DNA of 64,000 nt from an uncultured Rivularia sp. (GCA_963665115.1 OY762007.1:3968001-4032000); one strand, 5' to 3'. Positions 42,535 through 52,957 are shown, numbered from the stretch's first letter. The notes: generated from the sequence alone by a model not told the origin. A program made the numbers and translations.

Positions 42535-43425
42535 ATGAGTAAACCAGTTTTTGAATTGGTTGATGAACTACCAACTAGCGGTATTACCGTTTCGGTGCTA
42601 AATGCGTTGGATAATATAACCCCAGGGCATTGGAAAAATACAGTCGGTTTTGTCAATACCATTAAAGAGGTAACTGGCGAAGACGATGAAGATATGGTAC
42701 AAGCTGTTGGCGAACGGGCAATTTATCTTTACAATGACCGTTCTCAAGGATACCAAAAAGGTTTATGGCTCTACCAAACTGTTGACAGCACTGATAAAGC
42801 TTTAGGTGCGGCAGCTTTAGCGAATAAAGTCAGCGGTAAGATTCCTTTGTTTGGAGGCTTAATAAACAGATTTACTCCCAAAGCTGATAAAGCACAAACT
42901 ATTGATTTATCTTTGAAACTAATTGCCGAATTGCTAGCTTTTTGCAGCATCAACGGTATTCCTGGAGATAGCATTGGCGATTTTGTGGCTTCTTTGGGCG
43001 AATACAGCGGTGAATCCTATATCCGCATGGTGGGATTAATCTGCCTTGATGGTTTAGTTCCTTTAGGTCCCGATTTCATTCAACAAGCTCAATCGGCACT
43101 TAATGGAATGAGTCCTAAAGAGTTAGAAGACAACTCTACATTCAAGCAGATGAACGATGCAATTCCCGGTGATAGTTCTGAAGGTAAACTTAACTTTATC
43201 GGTTCCAGCTTTGACTCAGTAAAAGGCTGGATGAGCAACACTGTATCTAAGAATGATTTAACTCCTCAAAAAGTCACAAGTAAGTTGAGCAGTTTCGTTG
43301 ATTTTGCCGATGATAAATTAGATTATCTCGCTGCTTTCCTCGACCTCAGCACCAACTATTTTGAGCATACAGGGACGCAAACCCTTACAAAACGCTTGAT
43401 CGAGCGGGCTGAAGCAGAAATCTAA
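42535..43425 (+). CDS. Hypothetical protein
   Basis: AGGAG RBS, 296 aa acidic soluble protein co-oriented with the lipoprotein; no recognised motif. Confidence 0.85.
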   Translation: MSKPVFELVDELPTSGITVSVLNALDNITPGHWKNTVGFVNTIKEVTGEDDEDMVQAVGERAIYLYNDRSQGYQKGLWLYQTVDSTDKALGAAALANKVSGKIPLFGGLINRFTPKADKAQTIDLSLKLIAELLAFCSINGIPGDSIGDFVASLGEYSGESYIRMVGLICLDGLVPLGPDFIQQAQSALNGMSPKELEDNSTFKQMNDAIPGDSSEGKLNFIGSSFDSVKGWMSNTVSKNDLTPQKVTSKLSSFVDFADDKLDYLAAFLDLSTNYFEHTGTQTLTKRLIERAEAEI

Positions 43426-43708
43426 TTCTCATGGTTCGTAGTAAGGACTTTAGTCCTCTAATTAAAGGCTTAAGCCCTGACTGCGAACTTTTTTATTTTC
43501 ATAATTTTTAGATAATTAGCAATAGTTTTTATTAGCGATTATTTTTTTATCAAAAGATAATTCTCAATATAAATATAATTCTTTTCAAAAAGTAAAAAAT
43601 AAGCATTAAAGAAGCTGTTAATTGTTTGATTTATGCTCTAAAAATGTAGCCGTTAATAGATATGATTATTTGATTCAACATCGGTAGGAGAGAATTTAAT
43701 TCGCCCCA

Positions 43709-44825
43709 ATGAATCAGCATCATATCGAAGTAAACGTTTCAGCCTCGAAGTTCAAAAATAATATCAGCTACATTCGCAATAGAGTAAAGCCTTCTCAACT
43801 GTGCGTAGTCATGAAAGCCAACGCTTACGGGCATGGTTTGAAGCAATTAGCCCCTACCGCAGTTGCAGCAGGTGCAGACTATATAGGTATTTGTACTAAC
43901 CCAGAAGCAACAATTATTCGCGATTTAGGTTTAAACGTAAAACTGTTGCGTTTGCGGATGGCTTTACCTGAAGAATTGCACGAATCCATCGACTCCCTCA
44001 ACATCGAAGAACAAATAGGAACCATCGAAGCGGCTAACTATCTTTCCGAAGCGGGAATAAAACAAGCAAAAAAGATTCCCGTGCATATCAACATCGATAC
44101 CGGAATGGGTAGAAGCGGTTTTTTTCCCAATCAAATAGAAGAACTTAAACAGGTTTGCGGACTACCAGGTATAAATATTGTCGGTATAATGACTCACTTT
44201 GCGAGTTCCGATGGCAAAGATTTAGGGTTTACTCATAAACAAATAGAAGACTTTTACGAAGCCCGTCAAGTCCTCAAAGACTACGTAGACCATAAAGTAC
44301 TTACCCACACTCATAACAGTGCGGCAACAGTGCGTGTGGCTAACGAACACAACCGCTTAGTCAGAGTAGGAGCAGCTTGCTACGGCGTGCGAACCTCCCA
44401 GGATTTTGATAATCCTCCCGAACTAAAGCCAGTAATGTCAGTAAAAACCAGGGTAGCCCAAGTAAGAAAAATACCCAAAGGCAAAACCATCGGTTACGGC
44501 AGCTTATTTACCACCCAACGGGATAGTTTAATTGCATCCTTACCAGTAGGTTTTGGTGAAGGTTATCCGCGATCTTTATTCAATAAAGGTATTGTTTTAA
44601 TTAAAGGTCATCGCTGTCCCCGTAGTTGGACGAGTATCATTAAACATCACGACAGTAGATATTACAGACATTCCAGAGCCAGTTATATGGGGTGACGAAG
44701 CAGTATTAGTAGGAACTCAAGGTAACGAAGAAATCACCTTCGAGGAACTAGCAGATAAATTTTCCAGCGTACACACCGAAATCAACTTAATGGCAGGTTT
44801 TATGAATCAGGTTAGTTATAAATAG
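43709..44825 (+). CDS. alr: PLP-dependent amino-acid racemase (Alr family), split by a +1 base at 44618-44621
   Basis: VMKANAYGHG, DTGMGR, IMTHFA, HNSA, IGYG; after removing one C the frame continues CPVVGRVSLNITTVD..GDEAVLVG..VSYK* (TAG 44823-44825). Confidence 0.88.
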
Positions 44826-44837
44826 GGAATTGGGGAT

Positions 44838-44932
<95 letters not shown>

Positions 44933-45001
44933 TAACCCCTTGTCTCCTTGTCCCCTTGTCTCCCCCTCTCCCCCCTCTCCCTATCCCCTATGCCCAATTC
45001 C

Positions 45002-45757
45002 CTAATCTGGCAATTTCAAATTCTCCACGACTGCATTTAGATAAGGCTGAAAAACCGATAAATTTTCCAATTTTTCAAACTTACCAATTGATGAAGCTGG
45101 ATCGAAGGCAGTGTTAATTAAGTAAAGTGCTTCGCCATCAAAAGCGACATAGCTTGTATGTTGCTCGCGTACACCACCTTTTTGTTGGATTCCAGCAAAA
45201 CCGTAACGTATTCCTTGAAGTTTACCGACTCGTGCATTCTGTGGTGGATAAGGAGAAAATAAGACACCATCAGCCGTTTTAGCTGTTTTTAAATTATCGT
45301 CATAAACATATTTACCGTTTTTAGCTAATACACCATAGCGATCTTTTACCCAAGCGTTAAGTGCAGCTGTTACCTGTGCAATATATTTAGGACTCTGATA
45401 ATTTATGTTTTTATCGATAGGAATACCAGTATTCAACAGCATTTTTTGAAAATTAGGCTGGGTTTTCAAAGGTAAAATTCCCATTTCCACCGTACCTAAA
45501 AGTTTCCCATTCGCAGAAACACACAACAAAGAGTCTTTATCCTGACAAGGATTAATTTTCCAACCTGCCGGAAGCGGAGTATCTTCTAATAAATTGTTCC
45601 AAATATTATCTTGGTTAGATTTTGTCCCAACTACAGTTGGAGTCGGTGTTTTCACCGAAGCTTGTGAATTTTTGTTAGCAGAGAAATAAGATGCAGCAGT
45701 TGTAACTCCGATGGGAATTAATATGAAACCTATCAATACATGATAAAGTCGTATCAT
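45002..45757 (-). CDS. Hypothetical exported or membrane-anchored protein
   Basis: 251 aa, N-terminal hydrophobic segment, one Cys pair. Confidence 0.8.
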   Translation of the reverse strand: MIRLYHVLIGFILIPIGVTTAASYFSANKNSQASVKTPTPTVVGTKSNQDNIWNNLLEDTPLPAGWKINPCQDKDSLLCVSANGKLLGTVEMGILPLKTQPNFQKMLLNTGIPIDKNINYQSPKYIAQVTAALNAWVKDRYGVLAKNGKYVYDDNLKTAKTADGVLFSPYPPQNARVGKLQGIRYGFAGIQQKGGVREQHTSYVAFDGEALYLINTAFDPASSIGKFEKLENLSVFQPYLNAVVENLKLPD

Positions 45758-45902
45758 TTTGCTTAAAAATAAAAATATAACGCAGAAAGTGGATTTAAAG
45801 TCAAAGGTTAAAGGTTAGGTGTTGAAAATACGTAAATATAAATACTAATTTCGATTTTAATTTTTATTATTCATCATTTTGTATTACTCTTAATACCCGT
45901 TA

Positions 45903-46021
45903 GGGAATGCAATTTCCTGGCTAAAAGCGAAAATTCTTTTAAACTTACATTTTGCACCATTCTCAACACCGCCAGAGAATGCAATTAAGAGGCTAAAAGC
46001 AAAAGTACTCTTAAAAGGACT
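45903..46021. repeat. Two degenerate ~45 bp direct repeats
   Basis: GAATGCAATT....GGCTAAAAGC.AAA.T.CT.TTAAA occurs at about 45905 and 45977. Confidence 0.6.
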
Positions 46022-46051
46022 CCTAACTCTCTACTCTCTACTCCCTACTCC

Positions 46052-49000
46052 CTAAAAATCCGTAGTTCCCAAAACGGTTTCATCTTCGGAATCATTCTCT
46101 AAGTCTAAAGGCATAATTGGTTCGCCTTCTGCACTTTCAATTTCCCCTATTGGAGGATTCTCATTAAGTACAATCTCTGTTATTTCTCCTCCATCTGTAT
46201 CATCTGCTTGTGATTGATACGACAGCAAACGTTTAAGTTCCTCAAATTTGTCTAAGGAAAATACGGCACCATTTGCTATGGCTGTTTCTTTTTGAGCCTC
46301 TGCAATGATAGCTTGAAATAAGCAAGCGTTGGAAAGATTGGCTAAATCGAGATTCACTCCTAAAAGATTAGCTCCTGTAAGATTAGCGCCTGTTAGTTTG
46401 GCGTTTGTTAGATTTGCGTTTGTTAAATTTGCTCCTGTTAAGTCAGCACCAGTCAGGTTTACATCTGCAAGATTTGCTCCTGTTAAACAAGCGTCTTTTA
46501 ACTGGACATTTGATAAATCTGTGCTGGTAAAATTGATTCCAGCTAACATTGATTGCGTTAAATCGGCTTTGACTAAGTTGAGGAATGTTAAAGATTTTTC
46601 ACCAATTCTTTGTCTGGTAAAATCTGGATGAAAAACTGCTGTTTTCGCGATTAACTTTATTAGTGCTTGAGGATAGGATTCTGTTAATGAAAATGGTTTT
46701 CCACAAGGTGAGAAAGTCCGTTTTGTTTCTTTGTAGCAAGCACTGAGTAATAAGAATACATTTATTCCGACTGCTGCATTTACCTGTTCTACATTTAGGG
46801 GGTTTTGCAGTTGTTTAAAATATTTGAAAGCTTTATGTGCTATTCCTTCATCCAACCACATACCAGCACTATAAGCGTACCAAAAAGGTTGCAGGCGATC
46901 GCACAATAATTGAAAGGAAAATTTATGTTGAGAGTGTCGTAATCCTTCGATAATAAGTTCTTCAATTTCTTTTGTAAGAATGCCGTAACCAAGTAATTGA
47001 TAAAGATGCTCGGCAATAGATAAGGTCGAATCGTAAGCAAAAATCATTTCTCCGTATGCGTTGCGAGTGCATTCGGTTAAAGCTTTTAGTTGATTTACAA
47101 TCGATGCAGCACAAAGGTATTCGCCGAATTTTTCATGAGAAAATTTTAGATTAGAAGTGGGAATTGGGCATGGGGCATTGGGCATGGGAGATAAAAATTC
47201 TTTTTCCCTTTCTATTTCTTTTCTAAAATAAAATGCTGGTAGCTTAGATAAATCACTTTTGAATTTTAAGTTAATATTGTTTCTCGAATATAAAATTTGC
47301 AGTGCTACTGCTTGCATTTGATTAATTAATTCTTGGGGATGGCGATTTTGACTTAGTAAATTAATGGCTTCTGGAGTGCGATGAATATGGGTATTAATGG
47401 ATGATGCTAATATTTTTTGACTAACGCTGCGAACTGGATAACCTAATAACCATTGATTGATACGCTCGTAAATTTTCCACAATACAACAGCGGTATTTGT
47501 GATTTGAGGATTGGTAGCAGATTCTAATATCTCATCATTAAGTAATTCGTCGCGATGCAATACTGCTAGTAAATACAACATCAAGGGTTGACGGACTAAA
47601 TCTGATAGTAAAAAGTGAGATTTTCGAGAAAAAGCCTTCTTTTTTTTAAAAAATGTAAATAAGTTTTGAGAAGCCGTTATAGATTGGACTTTTGCCCAAT
47701 TTGCAAACCATAGCTTCCACTCATCTTGTCCCCAAGGTAGAATTTTAATTCGACGTAAATTTGATGCTTTATTGACGATATCTTCTAAAGCCCAGCCTTG
47801 ACTCGTTAAAATAATTTTATGATTAAACCGCGATTGAAATTCAAGTAATTGTCGTAAAAAAATGGCGATCGCCATTTTGTTTTCGGCGCAGTTGGGTAGT
47901 TCGTTTAATCCATCTAATATTAGCAAACACTTGGTTTTAGATTCTTTGAGCCAACCAGATAAATTTGCTTGAGAATGATTTACAAAAGCAGATTCAAGGG
48001 TTTCTTGAAAATTATCGCCGCACTTTACTTCACTGAGCCGAATATTTATAGGCATCCATTCTGGATATAGCTTGTGCGCTATCCGTGCTGCTAAGATTTC
48101 ACAGAAGCTAGTTTTGCCGTAACCAGATTCCGATTCAATTACCGTAATGGTTTCTAAATCATCTATCTGCGAAACCACCCACTTCATTAAATCAACTGGC
48201 TGATGATTTCCCTTTACAGGTAAACCAGTAGGCGGGATATATATATCCTTGAGAGAAAAAGATTCTATAAACAGCGGTTCCCCAAGTTTTGTAATTAAGC
48301 TTGCCCGATATTTTTCTCTATAAAAATTAATATCATCATTAGTTTTAAATTCTACTGAATTTCCCAATCTAAAAAATTTTTGTAACTGAACCAAAGTGGC
48401 TGCATTTTTACTTACAAGCACAATCAAATGTCCCAAAAGTTTATTGTTTAATCGCTGAATAATTAACTCAGCTTCTGCTTCCAAAACGCTATTAGCAACC
48501 AACCAAGCTACAGCAATACGATTAATTCCTTCCACTGCATAAGAATCAGCAACCGTTAATAGCGCTTCTTCCGCTTGCACGTCACTGAGTTTTTCCTCTC
48601 GTAGAATTTTGATTAAAGCTTGTAAGCGCTCATCCCAAAGAGGTTTCACCGAAGCATTCGCAAACAAGCTTGAAGTTTCCCCTTGTCTACTCGTCTTTTC
48701 ATCTCCCAAATACATCAATCTTTCCAGCCAAACTCGGGAGAGACTTTGTTCCTCAATCAAAACTTCTTCTAAAGCTTGTAAATAAGCAACTTGAAAAGCT
48801 AACCAAGTAGCTTCATTGCGATTAAAAGGCTTATTCTGTCCTAATAAACCTAAAATACTTTCAGTTAACCGAGCAAATACACCAACTTCATGCCAAACAA
48901 ACCTTAAAGGAAGTTCCAGAACTTCTGCTAAAGTACATATATCAAACGCTGAGGGGTTTCTAACTTCCATATCTCGAATCATTCGCAAGGCTACACCAGT

Positions 49001-49081
49001 TATTTGTCCCTGCGAACACTCTTTTATTTGACTTATTTCGATATAATTTTCTACCAACCAATGCCGAATGCTCAAATTCAT
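46052..49081 (-). CDS. NACHT-like NTPase with C-terminal pentapeptide repeats
   Basis: Walker A ESESGYGKT, Walker B LLILDGLNE, PLML, FSHEKFGEYL, A(D/N)LxG repeats, acidic tail. Confidence 0.9.
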   Translation of the reverse strand: MNLSIRHWLVENYIEISQIKECSQGQITGVALRMIRDMEVRNPSAFDICTLAEVLELPLRFVWHEVGVFARLTESILGLLGQNKPFNRNEATWLAFQVAYLQALEEVLIEEQSLSRVWLERLMYLGDEKTSRQGETSSLFANASVKPLWDERLQALIKILREEKLSDVQAEEALLTVADSYAVEGINRIAVAWLVANSVLEAEAELIIQRLNNKLLGHLIVLVSKNAATLVQLQKFFRLGNSVEFKTNDDINFYREKYRASLITKLGEPLFIESFSLKDIYIPPTGLPVKGNHQPVDLMKWVVSQIDDLETITVIESESGYGKTSFCEILAARIAHKLYPEWMPINIRLSEVKCGDNFQETLESAFVNHSQANLSGWLKESKTKCLLILDGLNELPNCAENKMAIAIFLRQLLEFQSRFNHKIILTSQGWALEDIVNKASNLRRIKILPWGQDEWKLWFANWAKVQSITASQNLFTFFKKKKAFSRKSHFLLSDLVRQPLMLYLLAVLHRDELLNDEILESATNPQITNTAVVLWKIYERINQWLLGYPVRSVSQKILASSINTHIHRTPEAINLLSQNRHPQELINQMQAVALQILYSRNNINLKFKSDLSKLPAFYFRKEIEREKEFLSPMPNAPCPIPTSNLKFSHEKFGEYLCAASIVNQLKALTECTRNAYGEMIFAYDSTLSIAEHLYQLLGYGILTKEIEELIIEGLRHSQHKFSFQLLCDRLQPFWYAYSAGMWLDEGIAHKAFKYFKQLQNPLNVEQVNAAVGINVFLLLSACYKETKRTFSPCGKPFSLTESYPQALIKLIAKTAVFHPDFTRQRIGEKSLTFLNLVKADLTQSMLAGINFTSTDLSNVQLKDACLTGANLADVNLTGADLTGANLTNANLTNAKLTGANLTGANLLGVNLDLANLSNACLFQAIIAEAQKETAIANGAVFSLDKFEELKRLLSYQSQADDTDGGEITEIVLNENPPIGEIESAEGEPIMPLDLENDSEDETVLGTTDF

Positions 49082-49121
49082 TTAAATACTCAGTAAGGGC
49101 TGTATACGGCAATTATTATTC

Positions 49122-49240
49122 ATTTTAGATTTTAGATTTTAGATTTTGGATTGTAGAGACGTAGCAATGCTACGTCTCCAGGAGTTAGGAGTTAGGAGTT
49201 AGGAACTGGGAGTTAGGAGTTAGGAGTTAGGAGTTAGGGA
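49122..49240. repeat. Heptamer arrays (TTTTAGA, GGAGTTA) separated by a family A palindrome
   Basis: GTAGAGACGTAGCAATGCTACGTCTCC from 49153 sits at the junction of two different heptamer arrays. Confidence 0.85.
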
Positions 49241-49324
49241 TTAATAATTTTCTACCCCCTCTACCCCCTCTCCCCCTCTCTCCCAAAAGCTGCATCTACA
49301 AAAGGAATCATTAGTGAACTAACT

Positions 49325-51106
49325 ATGAGCGATCGCCCTGTAAAATTATTGTTAATTGATTCCGATCCCATTTTTAGATTGGGATTGCGTCAAACTCTGG
49401 AAGAATTCCCGGAGTTGCAAGTTGTAGCAGAAGCGGAAACTTACACTACAGCGTTGCAAATTTTAGCAGAATTGGCGCAGCAAGATCCTAATTTAGTCAA
49501 CTTGGTAGTTTTGGAACCGGACAATAATCGTTCTGCAAATCGTCAGGAATTTGGGTTGCAACTAATTAGACAGTTGAAAAAACAATATCCGAATTTACCG
49601 ATTTTGCTTCTGTGCCACATCCTCCAACCTGGAATGCTTGCAGCTTTAAAAGCTGAAGGAGTTAACGGTTACTGTCCCAAGGGTACTCCCATTTCCGAAC
49701 TAATTATTGCCATGCAACAAATTGCGGCAGGAAATTCTTATTGGGTTCAAGAATTTCAACAATTAAGAAAATGGGATGGTGAAACATTAGGAGAAACATT
49801 ACTCCCAAAACGCAAATCTCAGAACACTTTAATTAATAAGTTACGCAACAATTTGCGCGAATCGGGAACTACTTATATACAACCTAACTTGACAAAAGTT
49901 ACAAGACAACTGCAAATTCCCGGATTAACGGTGCTAAATAAAGCTATTTTAGCTGGAAGACGACGGGAACTACTTGCTGCACAGTGGTTCTTAGATAATT
50001 TAGTAGATTCACTACCAGAACAACAGCAAACTCCCTCTAATCCTTTAAGTTCTTTCCCAGAATCACTATCACCCAAACCAGCAAATAGCGCTCTTACCAT
50101 AACAAACCCTACGGAAAACCCTCTCTCTCCACCTTTACTCAGTCCAAGAGCTTTACAAGCAACATTACTTACATCTTGTATTAACAAACTTCAATTTAGC
50201 TTACAAAATGTAACTGATATTCCTTTAGAAATAGATATTTTACGAGAAGATAAAAAGCGAGAACTACTTTATTTATTACTACAGAAATTCGCAGATTCTC
50301 TGGATGAATTACGTACTTCAGAAGTAGAAACAAATCGATTAAATGAAGTTAACTATATATTATTAGCAGATGTTTGGGAAGCCGCAACCAAAGAATTCTT
50401 CGGTAAGTTTTCGCGGATAAAAGTAGGAGATATTGAAGTAGAAATTGTAGATATCTTGTTGCAAGATGCAGCAATCGTCAAGACAGAAATTCTGAGTAAA
50501 ATTGTTTTAACAACCGAATTATTATCGTATTTAATATATCAAACAGAGCTATACATAGATAATACATCCTATTCAGCAGGCAGCGACGAAGCCAACGAAC
50601 ACGCTGCCATGATTTTGGAAAATATGTTAGTTAGTATAGCTAACGCCGTCATGCAGCCGTTATTAAATAGATTAGCAAATATTGAAGTTATAAAAAAAGA
50701 TTATTACAATCGCCAATTTATTTCCACTAGAGAAATCGAACGCTTCAGAAACAATTTATCGTGGAAATATCGCTGGCAGAATTATGTCGGAGAAGCCCAA
50801 GAAATATTTGAGAGTCGTCACGAACTATTTGTCCTTGCACCTCGCGGTATAGCCAAAGTCTTAGTATACGCATCCCGCAACAACGAATTAGCCCAACTTG
50901 AAGGAATCCCATTAGTAGTTACATTACTATTAGAACTCCGAGATGCAGCCACACCCCGCGTACAATCCCTAGTATCCTTTCTAGGCAACGGTGTAGTTTT
51001 CGTACTTACCCGAGTAGTTGGTAGAGGAGTCGGCTTAATTGTTCGCGGTGTTCTTCAAGGAATCGGTAGCGCCTCCTTGCCGGAAAGGAAGAGGAATCGG
51101 GATTAG
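49325..51106 (+). CDS. DUF3685 (Ycf55-like) protein with N-terminal atypical receiver domain
   Basis: KLLLIDSDPIFRLGL receiver start, YCPKG, C-terminal STREIERFRN..GRGVGLIVRGVLQGIG. Confidence 0.85.
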   Translation: MSDRPVKLLLIDSDPIFRLGLRQTLEEFPELQVVAEAETYTTALQILAELAQQDPNLVNLVVLEPDNNRSANRQEFGLQLIRQLKKQYPNLPILLLCHILQPGMLAALKAEGVNGYCPKGTPISELIIAMQQIAAGNSYWVQEFQQLRKWDGETLGETLLPKRKSQNTLINKLRNNLRESGTTYIQPNLTKVTRQLQIPGLTVLNKAILAGRRRELLAAQWFLDNLVDSLPEQQQTPSNPLSSFPESLSPKPANSALTITNPTENPLSPPLLSPRALQATLLTSCINKLQFSLQNVTDIPLEIDILREDKKRELLYLLLQKFADSLDELRTSEVETNRLNEVNYILLADVWEAATKEFFGKFSRIKVGDIEVEIVDILLQDAAIVKTEILSKIVLTTELLSYLIYQTELYIDNTSYSAGSDEANEHAAMILENMLVSIANAVMQPLLNRLANIEVIKKDYYNRQFISTREIERFRNNLSWKYRWQNYVGEAQEIFESRHELFVLAPRGIAKVLVYASRNNELAQLEGIPLVVTLLLELRDAATPRVQSLVSFLGNGVVFVLTRVVGRGVGLIVRGVLQGIGSASLPERKRNRD

Positions 51107-51196
51107 GGCGTTGGGCATTGGGGATGGGTGATGGGGTGACATGGAGAGAGGGGGAAGATGGGGAAGAAATTATTATTAACTAGCCAATCCTCGCTA

Positions 51197-51302
51197 TTAC
51201 CAATTACCAATTACCAATTACCAATTACCAATTACCAATTACCCATTACCAATCCCAAATGCCCAATTATCAATGCCCAATGCCCAATCCCCCATGCCCA
51301 AT
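51197..51302. repeat. Heptamer arrays (CAATTAC)n and (CAATGCC)n
   Basis: Clear tandem copies downstream of the oxidoreductase gene. Confidence 0.9.
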
Positions 51303-51306
51303 TGAT

Positions 51307-52743
51307 TTACCTATTTCGCAAAAAGTAAAACATCCCGTCCCAAAAATCTTGTAAACGCCTACTTTCAAATCTTTGTTTGTTCCATTCCCATGCTGTTTGT
51401 TCGATTATTTCTGAAAAGCTCGAATAAACTGGTGCTAAATTAGCTAAGTTATTAATTTTTATTTTCTCGGCAATAGCTAAAGCGATTATATTTATTAACT
51501 CTCTGGCTTCTGCTCCTAATAAAGATGCTCCTAGTATCTCACCATTACGACGAACTATGATTTTGCAAATACCTGTAGTTTCGTCTGCAATTTGAGCAGA
51601 TGCTAATGTTTTAAAATACTGCCGTAAAACTAAAATCTCATTTTTATCATATCGATTTTTGGCTTGTCTTTCTGTTAAACCAACCTGCGCTAATGTTGGT
51701 TGAGTCAAAATTCCCCAGGGAATAGCCCGATAATTAATTTTACGTTTAGGGAAGAACAAAGCGTTTGTTATGGCAATTTTAGCTTCGTAATTAGCAATAT
51801 TTGATAAATTGTAACCGCCAATTACATCTCCACAAGCGTAAATCCGAGGATTGGTTGTTTGTAATTTTTTATTAACTGATAAACCACGGGAATGATACTT
51901 TACCCCTACAGCAGCTAAATTCAACGATTCTATAAAAGGTTGTTCTGCTACCGCGACTAATATTTCATCAGTTTCAATCGCTATATTTCCCGCTTGCAGC
52001 CACTTTTTACCTTCGATTAATCGAATTTGAGTTACAGCTAATTGCGTAAAAACACGTATTCCTTCAACTTCTAACTGCGCTTGCAACAACCGAGCAATTT
52101 CTGAGTCAACAGGAGAAATAATACAAGGGCTATTAACTATCAACGTAACGCTATAACCCAGTCTCGTTAAAGCTTGAACGATTTCTACACTTTGCGGCGT
52201 ACCACCAAGAATTACCCAGCTTTTCGGCGGTGTAGAACTTTTTAGAACTTGCCAAATATTTGATAAAGTCAAAAACCCCGTTTTCTGCAATCCCTCAATA
52301 TTTGGAATTGCTGGAATTGAACCCGTAGCCAGTAAAAAATTACGTGCTAGTAACTTACGATTATTAACAACAAAACTCAAATCTGGCGAAGCTTGAAAAC
52401 AGCCCTTGCCTACAATTACATCAACACCTTGAGCCGCCAAAAAAGCAGGTGAAAGCTGTTCGTAAATATTTCCAGCAACAGCAGAACCCCATAACAGCGT
52501 TTTTTCTAAAGAAATTTGAACTTTTTCTTCCCCATTGCCACCATTACAAATACCAAACTGAGTTAGATCGTTAACCTTCCCAACAACCTTAGCAACCTCC
52601 CCTATCCCCTGAAGTTGAATCAAATCGTGACGAAATAGCGGTTCAACCAAAGCAACTTTAGCCCTTTGTTGAACAGCCTTCAAAGCAGCATCTCGTCCAG
52701 TAAGAGTGCCACCAATAATCACGATATCGTAATCAACTGACAT
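51307..52743 (-). CDS. Pyridine nucleotide-disulfide oxidoreductase family flavoprotein (Lpd/MerA-like), degenerate active site
   Basis: YDIVIIGG, LATGS, TTNPRIYACGD, AQVGLTE, GEILGA; no CxxxxC. Confidence 0.88.
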   Translation of the reverse strand: MSVDYDIVIIGGTLTGRDAALKAVQQRAKVALVEPLFRHDLIQLQGIGEVAKVVGKVNDLTQFGICNGGNGEEKVQISLEKTLLWGSAVAGNIYEQLSPAFLAAQGVDVIVGKGCFQASPDLSFVVNNRKLLARNFLLATGSIPAIPNIEGLQKTGFLTLSNIWQVLKSSTPPKSWVILGGTPQSVEIVQALTRLGYSVTLIVNSPCIISPVDSEIARLLQAQLEVEGIRVFTQLAVTQIRLIEGKKWLQAGNIAIETDEILVAVAEQPFIESLNLAAVGVKYHSRGLSVNKKLQTTNPRIYACGDVIGGYNLSNIANYEAKIAITNALFFPKRKINYRAIPWGILTQPTLAQVGLTERQAKNRYDKNEILVLRQYFKTLASAQIADETTGICKIIVRRNGEILGASLLGAEARELINIIALAIAEKIKINNLANLAPVYSSFSEIIEQTAWEWNKQRFESRRLQDFWDGMFYFLRNR

Positions 52744-52745
52744 TT

Positions 52746-52882
52746 AGTAATTGGTAATTGGTAATTGGTAATTGGTAATTGGTAATTGGGCATTGGGCAT
52801 TGGGCATTGGGCATTGGGCATTGGGCATTGGGCATGGATAATTGGTAATTGAGCATTTGTAATTGGGCATTGGGGATTGGGC
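52746..52882. repeat. Heptamer arrays (GGTAATT)n(GGGCATT)n
   Basis: Long tandem array directly upstream of the oxidoreductase start. Confidence 0.92.
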
Positions 52883-52900
52883 ATCGAGAAACAAGATTAA

Positions 52901-52957
52901 GTAGTGCGAGCATCTTGCTCGCTGGTCATATAGATAGCGAGCAAGATGCTCGCACTA
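52901..52957. repeat. Inverted pair of family B palindromes
   Basis: GTAGTGCGAGCATCTTGCTCGCT...AGCGAGCAAGATGCTCGCACTA; supplies the cobD stop. Confidence 0.85.

Noticed and set aside
51307..52743. Mercuric reductase merA or dihydrolipoamide dehydrogenase
   Set aside because: No redox CxxxxC, no C-terminal Cys pair, no HPTxxE, no mer genes nearby.
51197..52882. Possible CRISPR arrays at the tandem repeats
   Set aside because: Units are 7-8 bp with no unique spacers; no cas genes in the window.
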